Shown here piece by piece: positions 18,893-27,136 of a stretch of 29,795 nt of DNA. The stretch's first letter is position 1. Each line of letters opens with the position of its first letter. Position numbers and translations under genes: made by a program. The stretch lies in contig JAKLKB010000006.1 in assembly GCA_023150835.1 (NCBI GenBank), forward strand, positions 62,001-91,795, given 5' to 3'. Under the pieces are notes generated by a model, which did not search any database, had not been told where the DNA came from, and saw only the letters and a program-made list of their open reading frames with translations. Source of the stretch: Myxococcota bacterium. Its GTDB lineage: Bacteria; Myxococcota_C; UBA6777.

Positions 18893-21800
18893 TGTATCGG
18901 TTGACAGTGGATCGCCCTGTTGCGATCACGATGATCGTTTTGGGCGTGGTGGTCTTTGGTATCATTGCGTATCGCGAACTTCCGCTCAATCTGATGCCGC
19001 AGATGAGTTATCCTCGGTTGACGATCCGTACCGAGTATCCCGGCAGTAGCCCCGAAGAAGTCGAACTCGAACTGAGCCGTCCGATCGAGGAGATCTTGGG
19101 GACGGTGAGCCATCTGATCCGTTTGACGAGTCGCTCAAGGGCGGGGATGTCCGAGGTGGTGATCGAGTTCGATTGGAAAGCCTCGATGGATCTTGCGATG
19201 CAAGAAGTCCGCGAAAAGCTCGACCTGTTGAGGCTTCCGCAAGAATCGAAGCGACCGATCTTGTTGCGCTACGATCCCAACCTTGATCCGATGATGCGTC
19301 TTGGATTGGCGGGGCAGACCGATCTGTTCCGTTTGCGCTTGTATGCCGAAGACGACCTGCGACCGGCCTTAGAGACTTTGCCGGGGGTGGCTGCGGTCAA
19401 GATCCGTGGTGGATTGGAGCGCGAGATCGAGGTGGCACTCAACGAGAAAAAGATTAGTGCGTTGGGGTTGACGATCCAGCGGATAATCCAGCGTTTGCGA
19501 GAAGAGAATATCAATATCGCGGGCGGTCGTCTCCAAGAAGGCGCAACCAACTACTGGGTGCGCACGTTGAACGAGTTCCAAGATCTCGAAGAGATGGGGC
19601 GTTTGCTGATCGAAGAACGCGATGGCCGACCTGTGCGCCTACACGATATCGCACGTCTGCGCTTTCACTCCAAAGAACAAGAAGTGATCACGCGGATGGA
19701 CGGGCAGATCGGCGTCGAGCTGTCGATATTTCGCGAAGCAGGAGCCAACATCGTTGAAGTCTCAAAGCGTGTGCAGCAGCGGATATTTGGAACCGATGAG
19801 CAACGTGCTTATGCAGAACGCATCGATCAGATCGGAAGTGTCGGCGAAACAAGCGCCAAAGCTTTCTCCGCGAGCGGCAAAAAGGGGCGCGATGGAGGGG
19901 GCAAAAAGCAGCGCGATGAAGAGGGCAAAAAAGGCCGGAAGAAGGGCGGCAAAAAGGGCTGGAAGAAGGGCGGCAAAAAGGGCGGTCGATGGGCCAAGAT
20001 GCGTGCGGAACGCGCAGAGCGCCGCCGTCACAAAGAACTCACCAACTTTCTGATGTACACTTTGCCGAGCGAGATGAATCTGCGGGTCTTGCAAGATCAA
20101 GCGATCTTTATTCGTGACGCTGTGAACGAGGTGCTGATGTCGGCGTTGATGGGGGGCGTGATCGCGGTCTTTGTGTTGATGTTGTTTTTGCGGCACTTGT
20201 GGGGGACGGTGATCGTGGGCCTTTCGATCCCGCTCTCGGTGGTGGCGACGTTTGGAGGGCTGTATCTGAGCGGTGTGTCGCTGAACATCATGTCTCTGGG
20301 TGGTTTGGCCCTAGGGATCGGGATGTTGGTGGATAACTCGATCGTTGTGTTGGAGAGCATTATGCGCTTTCGGGAAGAAGGCGCATCGATCGAGGACTCC
20401 GCTGTTTTGGGGGTGGCAGAAGTGGGCGGGGCTGTGACGGCCAGTACGTTGACCACAGTGGCGGTGTTTTTTCCGATAGTGTTTGTGCAGGGGATGGCGG
20501 GCGAGTTGTTGCGGGATATGGCGTTGGCCGTCGTGATCAGTTTGATGGCTTCGTTGATCGTCTCCTTGTTTTTTATCCCGATGCTTTCGGCCTTATCGTG
20601 GCCGACGCAACAAGAACAAGCACCAGAAGAGGGGACAGAACAATCTAGTCAAAGCAGATGGTTCGCTTGGAGCCAGTTGCGAGAGGCCCTTGGTTGGGGC
20701 GTGTTGCGATGGAAGCAAGTAGGGCTTTTGGGGCGGTTGTTTGTGGTGTTGTTGGCGTTGCCGTTTGTGGCTTATCTGTTGTTTCGGTTTGTGGCGCAGA
20801 CGGCGTTGGAGCTACTTGGGTGGGTGTGGCGAGGGCTTTCTGTGGTGTTGATCTTGGCCGTCCGTGTCGGCGTTCAAGCTTTGTCGGTGGTGGCATGGGT
20901 GATCTGGTGGCCGATCGCGTGGTTGATGGATCGGTTTTTGGATTTTTTGCAGTGGTCTTATCCGCGTATACTGGGGATATCGCTGCGGCAAGGGACGATG
21001 GTGTTGTTGCTCTCGACGCTGTTGGGTGTGGCGTCTTATCTGATGTTGCCGCTGTTGGAACGGGAGTTTATGCCCAAAGTGCATCAAGGCGAGTTTGCGT
21101 TGGAGATGGCGCTTCCTGTGGGGACACCGCTGTTGCAGACGGCGGATCGGATCAAGGAGATGGAAGCGACCATCGCGGAGATCCCGGGGATCTTGAGCCT
21201 GTCTTCGGCGATCGGTGTAGAAAAGACCGAGGTGCAAAACGCCGAACAGGGCGAACACAGCGCGATAGTCAATGTCAAATTGAAAAAAGCCGAAGAGATC
21301 GAAGCACAAGAAAAACAAGTGCTCGAAGCGATCCGCGTGCGTTTGGCCCAAGAGCCCGGTCTCAAGATGAAGGTGGTGTATCCGTCCCTGTTCAGCTTGC
21401 GCACCCCGATCGAAGTCGAGATCAAAGGCGAGCGCCTGTTGGATCTACGCAACGTCTCGCAACAAGCCCTGCAATCACTACAACATATCCCGTCCCTACG
21501 AGATGTTCGTTCCAGTTCGATCTCTGGACTACCCGAGATCCAAGTGCTTTATGATCGAGAGCGGTTGTTTCGCTATGGCTTGAGCGTCCAACAAGTTGCA
21601 CAGGCTGTCCGTGACAAAGTGTATGGCTCGGTGGCGACGCGGTTTCGGCAGCGCGAAAAACGGCTGGACGTACTTGTGCGGGTCCGTCGAAAACAACTCG
21701 ACAACGTCAACGCACTGCTCAACCTCACCATCCACAGCGCAGACAACAAACCGATCCCTTTGCGTCAAGTCGCTACCATCAAGGTCTCCGAAGGCCCTTC

Positions 21801-22506
21801 CGAGATCTTGCGGGTTGGAAACCAACGTGCTGTGTTGATCTGGGCGGATCTGGCGGCTGCTACGCTTGGGCAAGCTTCCAATGCGATCGAGCAGAGCCTC
21901 GCTCAGATCAAGATGCCCGTCGGCTTTACCGCAGGTTTGAGCGGACAGTCCGAAGAGATGCAGCGGTCGCTCAATGCCCTGATGTACGCGCTGTTGCTCT
22001 CGATCTTTTTGGTGTACCTCGTGATGGCGAGCCAGTTTGAATCGTTTATCTCGCCGCTGATCATCTTGTTTTCGATCCCGCTGGCTTTTATCGGGGTGGT
22101 CTTTTGTTTGGTCTGGCTCAAGATGCCGATCTCTGTGATGGTTTTGATCGGCTTGATCATCTTGGCAGGGATCGTCGTCAACAACGCCATTGTGTTGGTC
22201 GATGCTATCGAAAAGCTCAAAGAACGCGGTGTTTCGGGCATCGAAGCGATCCAACGCGCCTGTGCTTTGCGTCTGCGCCCGATCTTGATGACCACACTTA
22301 CCACCGTCCTTGGGCTGTTGCCGCTGGCCTTGGGACTTGGCGAAGGAGCCGAACTGCGCCGTCCGATGGCGATTACCATCATGGCCGGTCTGATGGTCTC
22401 CACCTTACTGACCCTTGTCGTGATCCCTGTGATCTATCGCATGGTCCTCTTGCGTCACGCGACCCTGCCTGACGAGCCTCCTACATCCTCCTCCTTTCTC
22501 TTGTAG
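18892..22506 (+). CDS. RND transporter permease (AcrB/AcrD/AcrF family)
   Basis: GGAGG before ATG 18892, then MYRLTVDRPVA. Motifs LALGIGMLVDNSIVVLE, ASTLTTVAVFFPI, GIVVNNAIVLVD and RLRPILMTTLTT. Confidence 0.95.
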   Translation: MYRLTVDRPVAITMIVLGVVVFGIIAYRELPLNLMPQMSYPRLTIRTEYPGSSPEEVELELSRPIEEILGTVSHLIRLTSRSRAGMSEVVIEFDWKASMDLAMQEVREKLDLLRLPQESKRPILLRYDPNLDPMMRLGLAGQTDLFRLRLYAEDDLRPALETLPGVAAVKIRGGLEREIEVALNEKKISALGLTIQRIIQRLREENINIAGGRLQEGATNYWVRTLNEFQDLEEMGRLLIEERDGRPVRLHDIARLRFHSKEQEVITRMDGQIGVELSIFREAGANIVEVSKRVQQRIFGTDEQRAYAERIDQIGSVGETSAKAFSASGKKGRDGGGKKQRDEEGKKGRKKGGKKGWKKGGKKGGRWAKMRAERAERRRHKELTNFLMYTLPSEMNLRVLQDQAIFIRDAVNEVLMSALMGGVIAVFVLMLFLRHLWGTVIVGLSIPLSVVATFGGLYLSGVSLNIMSLGGLALGIGMLVDNSIVVLESIMRFREEGASIEDSAVLGVAEVGGAVTASTLTTVAVFFPIVFVQGMAGELLRDMALAVVISLMASLIVSLFFIPMLSALSWPTQQEQAPEEGTEQSSQSRWFAWSQLREALGWGVLRWKQVGLLGRLFVVLLALPFVAYLLFRFVAQTALELLGWVWRGLSVVLILAVRVGVQALSVVAWVIWWPIAWLMDRFLDFLQWSYPRILGISLRQGTMVLLLSTLLGVASYLMLPLLEREFMPKVHQGEFALEMALPVGTPLLQTADRIKEMEATIAEIPGILSLSSAIGVEKTEVQNAEQGEHSAIVNVKLKKAEEIEAQEKQVLEAIRVRLAQEPGLKMKVVYPSLFSLRTPIEVEIKGERLLDLRNVSQQALQSLQHIPSLRDVRSSSISGLPEIQVLYDRERLFRYGLSVQQVAQAVRDKVYGSVATRFRQREKRLDVLVRVRRKQLDNVNALLNLTIHSADNKPIPLRQVATIKVSEGPSEILRVGNQRAVLIWADLAAATLGQASNAIEQSLAQIKMPVGFTAGLSGQSEEMQRSLNALMYALLLSIFLVYLVMASQFESFISPLIILFSIPLAFIGVVFCLVWLKMPISVMVLIGLIILAGIVVNNAIVLVDAIEKLKERGVSGIEAIQRACALRLRPILMTTLTTVLGLLPLALGLGEGAELRRPMAITIMAGLMVSTLLTLVVIPVIYRMVLLRHATLPDEPPTSSSFLL

Positions 22507-22593
22507 GACTCACTCGATTGCTCTGTGTGATAGGGCGCTGCCCCATGCGCGCCTTGTTAAGGCCAACACAGCCCTCGATAGCCCCTTGATCTC
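22504..22593 (-). repeat. Degenerate family A end plus family C tail at the RND stop codon
   Basis: TAGGACTCAC overlaps the TAG stop. The reverse complement of 22531..22593 reads GATCAAGGGGC...ATGGGGCAGCGCCCTA. Confidence 0.5.
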
Positions 22594-22959
22594 TGCGCAG
22601 CACGCCGTCTATCCGCCGTGTACGCTCTCCTGAAATCTTACGCCTGTTCGTTTAACTTGCTTTGTGTGTGAAATTTTTGTAGCCTGTGCGGCGCTAGGTG
22701 CATCCTGCCAAGAGAAGGCTTTCGTTTGTGGATCCTTTTCATCCGTTTTCTTCGGCGGAGACCGACGCTTGCGTGGGTGAGTCTAGCACGATGCACGAAA
22801 GCTGTTGGCAGCGTCTCGTTGAAAGCATGCGGGATGTGCTGCGACAAAAAGGAACGTCGTGTCTGGTAAAAAAGCGCAAAGAACGCCTCTTGACGCTCGA
22901 ATCCAACACAGCGTACACCTTGCAGTCAGCACACTTTTTTTGTGAAGGAGGAGATCTTG

Positions 22960-25101
22960 ATGGATCGTCAACAAAGTATGTCGCGGTTTGGCCGCTTCAT
23001 CCCCCTGTTTCTGGCTCTGTTTTTTGTGTCTGGCCTGTCTCTTGTGACCACAGGCTGCCCCCCCCCTGCCACCAACAATGAAAAAGCCACCGAGCAAACC
23101 ACTACAGACGGCGGAACAGAAAAAGACCCTGTCGCAGAAGGCGGTGCTTGCGCAGAAACCAAAGAGTGTGTCCAAGGTCTCTTGTGCAAAGGTGGAAAGT
23201 GTACCAAACCCGAATGCACCACCGATGCACAATGCACCACCGGTGACAAGAAAAAGTGCATCGACTATCGCTGCGAAGCCGCAGGGGACAACTGCAAAGA
23301 CAACACCGAATGTCCCCCCGGCCAAGACTGCGAAGCCAAAGCCGACGGCAAGAAATACTGCTCGGTGATCGACGTGTCCGTCGCCAGCGTCTTGATCGTC
23401 ACGCCCCCCGGGGTCGTCCGCTCCGGCCAAACCCGCAAGTTTGAAGCCGTTGCTTTGAACAAGTCGGGCGCTCGCCTCGCAGGTGACTTCACCTTCACTT
23501 GGAAATCTTCCGCAACCGACGTCGCCGCTGTCGACGCAAAAGGCGTTGCAACGGGTGGTTCCAAAGACGGCGAAACCGACATCACCGCCGAAGTCCAAAG
23601 CAAAACCTCCGCTCCTGTTAAACTCCGCAACTTTGCCGCCGTTGCCGCCGGAAAACTCCGCGTGATCTTGATCGACTCCGACAGCAAGTTTGTCGATGGC
23701 GCAAAAGTCATGGTCGGCACCGCAGAAGCCACCTCCGATGCACAAGGCGCAGCCACCGTTGATTCCGCAACCCTTCCTGCCACCGTCCACGTCTTCCACA
23801 AAAACTATGCGTTCTTCTCGGCCTTTGGCGTGAATAAAAACGATCTGCTTGTCCAACTCGTCAAAAAACCCGACAACTCCAAAGCAGGTGGCATCAAAGG
23901 CAAAGTCAACTTCGATGTCTATCGCGGAATCATGGGCATTCCCGAAGATGATTGGGCTTCTTACAACGTCGCCGTCGGCTTCACCAGCTTCTCGATCTCC
24001 TCCGATATCCTTGGCTTGAACCTCGACACGCTGCTTGGCGAAAGCTTTGAAGTCGATGTCTTTGGCCAAAAATTCTCTGTCCCAAGCGGTGTCGTTCTCG
24101 AAGCCCTTGGTGGTGGAAAGCCCGAATTCCAAACCCAAAGCGATCCCGGCAAAGATCGCCTTGCATTCGCCCTCGCCGCCAAACTCAAAGTCAGCGATGT
24201 CACCCCCTTGATCTCCCAAGTGACCGGTGGCGAAGGCGTTGACATCGGCAAGATCCTCGTGGCGATCGAACCCCTCTTTGAAAAAATGGCGCTCGGTTTC
24301 AAAACAGGCATCAGCGTTGAAGTCTTCGCCAAAGTCCCCGACACCAACGACAAAAACAAAAACGGCAAAACCGACGACCTGATCCCCGACTTCAGCAAGT
24401 TCACCGCAAACGATCTGACCGTAGACAAAAAACTCGACAAAAACTTCTCCGTCACCGCAGGCGCTTATCCCAAGTTTGATTTCAACGGCAAACCCGCTCA
24501 ATTCTATGCCATCAGCTTGCTTGGCGTGTTGCTCCCGGGTTATGGCCTTGCTCCGCTCGGTATCGCCATCGGGAAAGCCGAAGACGGAAAGGCACTCAAA
24601 CTCCGTCATGCCGAACCCTCGGGCGTTTTGCGCACAGGCCGCTTCGTCACCTTGACACTTGCCTTGACCTTGCCGCTTGGTGAACCCAAACCCCCCTTGT
24701 TGATCTCAGGCGATCTCCAATTCTTCGACAAAGCGCCCACCAGTCTGACCGTTAGCGCGTTCACCAAACTTCCCACCACCGCGAAGTTCGATCCCGCGAC
24801 CCGTACGCTCTCCAGCGCCGCCACCGAAGGATCCTCGTTCAACCAGATCGACCTTTCCAACGACAAAGGCCGCTGGATCATCGTGTATCCTTCGGCTACG
24901 GCGAGCGTTGTTCTTCCTGCGGTCCCCTCTGGCTTTGATGATCCCGTCAACGCAGATTGCAGCGCCAGCCTCCGCCCCGTCAAACTCCAAGGCTCCACCA
25001 CAATGGACGATATCCTTGAGTTTAACGACAAAAACATGGATCGTTTGACCGAATTCCTCTCGGGCTTCGCCAACGTCACCGTGTACGAAAAGAAGAAATA
25101 A
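22960..25101 (+). CDS. Cys-rich surface lipoprotein with a Big_2-like Ig domain
   Basis: GAAGGAGGAG before ATG 22960. Lipobox VTTGC. Three Cx5C...C modules. FTWKSSATDVAAVDAKGVATG is Big_2-like. Confidence 0.85.
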   Translation: MDRQQSMSRFGRFIPLFLALFFVSGLSLVTTGCPPPATNNEKATEQTTTDGGTEKDPVAEGGACAETKECVQGLLCKGGKCTKPECTTDAQCTTGDKKKCIDYRCEAAGDNCKDNTECPPGQDCEAKADGKKYCSVIDVSVASVLIVTPPGVVRSGQTRKFEAVALNKSGARLAGDFTFTWKSSATDVAAVDAKGVATGGSKDGETDITAEVQSKTSAPVKLRNFAAVAAGKLRVILIDSDSKFVDGAKVMVGTAEATSDAQGAATVDSATLPATVHVFHKNYAFFSAFGVNKNDLLVQLVKKPDNSKAGGIKGKVNFDVYRGIMGIPEDDWASYNVAVGFTSFSISSDILGLNLDTLLGESFEVDVFGQKFSVPSGVVLEALGGGKPEFQTQSDPGKDRLAFALAAKLKVSDVTPLISQVTGGEGVDIGKILVAIEPLFEKMALGFKTGISVEVFAKVPDTNDKNKNGKTDDLIPDFSKFTANDLTVDKKLDKNFSVTAGAYPKFDFNGKPAQFYAISLLGVLLPGYGLAPLGIAIGKAEDGKALKLRHAEPSGVLRTGRFVTLTLALTLPLGEPKPPLLISGDLQFFDKAPTSLTVSAFTKLPTTAKFDPATRTLSSAATEGSSFNQIDLSNDKGRWIIVYPSATASVVLPAVPSGFDDPVNADCSASLRPVKLQGSTTMDDILEFNDKNMDRLTEFLSGFANVTVYEKKK

Positions 25102-25169
25102 CTCCCCCCTGATCTCTTCCTCCCTTCTTCCTACCCTGTCCTACTCCCACTCTTTCCTTTCTAACACCC

Positions 25170-25222
25170 ACGCAGTTCCCCAACAAAGCCGTGTTCGCGT
25201 CGATTCAAGCGACACAGTCGTT
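25170..25222 (+). repeat. Family C repeat, 5' half only
   Basis: AAAGCCGTGTTCGCGTCGATTCAAGCGAC. Confidence 0.6.
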
Positions 25223-25223
25223 G

Positions 25224-25264
25224 CCGCCTCTGGGGTGTCTGCGTCCTCTTGGGTGGTGAAGAAG
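25224..25264 (+). repeat. 41-bp direct repeat D, copy 1
   Basis: CCGCCTCTGGGGTGTCTGCGTCCTCTTGGGTGGTGAAGAAG; 39/41 identical to 28074..28114. Confidence 0.85.
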
Positions 25265-25378
25265 GCGTCTCTGGTCGGCGCGGATGGTGCCTGCGAGAAG
25301 ACGTCTTGGAATGAGAGAGGTTGTGGTGCGAGAGGTTGCGGTGCGTGTGGTGAAAAAGACGAAGAGAAGGAGGCGTGG

Positions 25379-26419
25379 ATGAGCGGTGGTTTGGCAGAGA
25401 TTCGAGGGTGGTTGGTGAAGGGAGAGAGCGAAGCGGGTTGGTTGGGGATATGTCGGATCTTGGAGGGATTGGAGGCATCGGAGCGAGAGATGTTGGTGGG
25501 GTATGTGGTGCAACATACGAAGGGATGGGGAGAATCGCTGCGTCGTCCGTTGTATGGATGGTGGGAGAAGCACCGAAGGGGCGATGTCACGGGATTTGAG
25601 GGGCTTGTGGGGGACTGGTCGAGATACGCATGGGAACAGGGGCGTGTGGCAGGAGAAGTGCGAGAAGTCGCGTCTGTCGCGGGTATGCGGATGCGTTGGA
25701 TTCCAGCGGGAACTTTTTGGATGGGCGCGGGAGCCGATGACGAGGATGCTGCTCACGATGAAAAGCCGCAACACGCTGTCACGCTGACGCGGGGGTTTTG
25801 GATGGGGGAGGTGCCCGTCACGCAAGGCCAATACCTCGCAGCGATGGGCGAGAACCCGTCGGAGTTCAAAACGGTGGGATTAGATGCGCCTGTAGAGTGT
25901 GTGACTTGGTACGATGCGGCGGCGTTTGCGAACAAGCTGTCTGCGCTGGAAGGATTGCCCGCTTGTTTTGTGGGAACAGGCGAACAGACAGAGGGGGTGG
26001 GAAACAAAGGCAGCGATTACGTCGGGTGTAAGGGGTGGCGATTACCGACGGAAGCAGAGTGGGAATACGCTTGTCGGGCGGGGACGACTTCGCCGCGTTA
26101 CGGAGCGTTGGGCAAGATCGCATGGTACGGTGAGAACAGCGAGTACACCACGCATCGGGCGGGACAGAAGCGAGCCAATGCGTGGGGGCTACACGACACG
26201 CTGGGGAATGTCTGGGAGTGGGTGTATGACGGGTATAGCGACTATTCGGCCCAAGCCGCGACGGATCCGACTGGATCTGCTACAGGCAAGAACCGCGTGC
26301 GACGAGGTGGCGGTTGGTTCGGCAGCGCCAACTACGTGCGGGCGGCGCAGCGTAGCGAAAACACGCCGACGGACCGCCACAGGAACCTCGGTTTCCGCGT
26401 TGTCAGGTCGGGCTTCTAA
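25379..26419 (+). CDS. FGE-sulfatase/SUMF1-domain (CLec-fold) protein with a short N-terminal domain
   Basis: GGAGG before ATG 25379. Motifs IPAGTFWMG, EKPQHAV, PVECVTWYDA, RLPTEAEWEYACRAG, NAWGLHDTLGNVWEWV and RVRRGGGW...LGFRVVR. Confidence 0.92.
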   Translation: MSGGLAEIRGWLVKGESEAGWLGICRILEGLEASEREMLVGYVVQHTKGWGESLRRPLYGWWEKHRRGDVTGFEGLVGDWSRYAWEQGRVAGEVREVASVAGMRMRWIPAGTFWMGAGADDEDAAHDEKPQHAVTLTRGFWMGEVPVTQGQYLAAMGENPSEFKTVGLDAPVECVTWYDAAAFANKLSALEGLPACFVGTGEQTEGVGNKGSDYVGCKGWRLPTEAEWEYACRAGTTSPRYGALGKIAWYGENSEYTTHRAGQKRANAWGLHDTLGNVWEWVYDGYSDYSAQAATDPTGSATGKNRVRRGGGWFGSANYVRAAQRSENTPTDRHRNLGFRVVRSGF

Positions 26420-26431
26420 TGCGAGACGAGA

Positions 26432-26605
26432 CCCCTCACCCCCAACCCCTCTCCCCACGGACTCTTCGCTTCGCTGCGTTGTGGGGCGAGGGGGGAGAAA
26501 AATCGAAACATTCCGAATCATCGGGCTTTGGCTTTTCCTCTCTCCACGCTTGCGCTCACTGCGTTCGCAGCCTAGAGAGGGGTGGCACGAAGTGCCGGGG
26601 TGAGG
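26432..26605. repeat. Inverted pair of CCCTCACCCC..CCCTCTCC..GAGGG-type REP-like hairpins
   Basis: CCCCTCACCCCCAACCCCTCTCCCCAC...GTGGGGCGAGGGG and an inverted relative ending GAGAGGGGTGGCACGAAGTGCCGGGGTGAGG. Confidence 0.65.
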
Positions 26606-26658
26606 TCAACGAAGCCACCGAAACGCAGATCGCTTTGTCGCATCGCCTGTTTTCGCAT

Positions 26659-26784
26659 TCAGATAGGACTTACGCACTTCGATACGAAAAAGGCAGATGT
26701 TCGGGCGCGGGCGGTTCGCGAACCGCCCCTACAACGGGTTGATTCTTCACGGTTTCCCTCTTCAACTGCGTAACTCCTATCTGA
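26659..26784. mobile_element. MITE-like element, family A, with an internal GTAG-type REP
   Basis: 18-bp inverted repeat TCAGATAGGACTTACGCA / TGCGTAACTCCTATCTGA (1 mismatch). Internal GGGCGGTTCGCGAACCGCCCCTAC. Confidence 0.75.
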
Positions 26785-26816
26785 GCAACCTGCTTTGCTT
26801 CCGTTGGCGCGTATGA

Positions 26817-26928
26817 TACGAAATCCGCTCGTTGTGTGATCGCAAAACGTAGGGGCAGCCCCCCGTGGCTGCCCAACCACAGGGCGGCTACGCACGACCC
26901 TTCGTGTACACACCACTCGGATTTCGTA
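26817..26928 (+). mobile_element. MITE-like element, family B (perfect 11-bp TIR, TGA duplication), with an internal GTAG-REP
   Basis: TGA-TACGAAATCCG...CGGATTTCGTA-TGA. Internal GTAGGGGCAGCCCCCCGTGGCTGCCC. Confidence 0.78.
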
Positions 26929-26981
26929 TGATGTGGCAGCGCTCCATGAAAACAAGCTAACTGTGTGAGTCCCATGCGGAG

Positions 26982-27110
26982 AAAAAAACTCCGTGTTCGC
27001 GGTAGTTCAAGCGGAGCAGTCGTCGGATTGAAAAACGTTTGATCTCTCCGCCCATACGGGGTCAAGGGGCGATAGTCCCTTGTGGGGCGTGGGGCAATGC
27101 CCCACAAAAA
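26982..27110 (+). repeat. Structured intergenic repeat family C, copy 5
   Basis: AAAAAAACTCCGTGTTCGC..TTCAAGC..GATTGAAA..ATACGGGGTCAAGGGGCGATAGTCCCTTG..GTGGGGCAATGCCCCACAAAAA. Confidence 0.85.
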
Positions 27111-27136
27111 GAGGCTGCAAAAAGGCAATGCCCCAC

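Noticed and set aside
22890-22919. Sigma70 promoter TTGACG-N18-TACACC for the lipoprotein
   Set aside because: Plausible, but the spacing is long and the -10 lacks the final T, so it is too weak to call.
25379-27136. Complete diversity-generating retroelement
   Set aside because: No reverse transcriptase, accessory gene or adenine-variant template repeat was found on either strand in the window.
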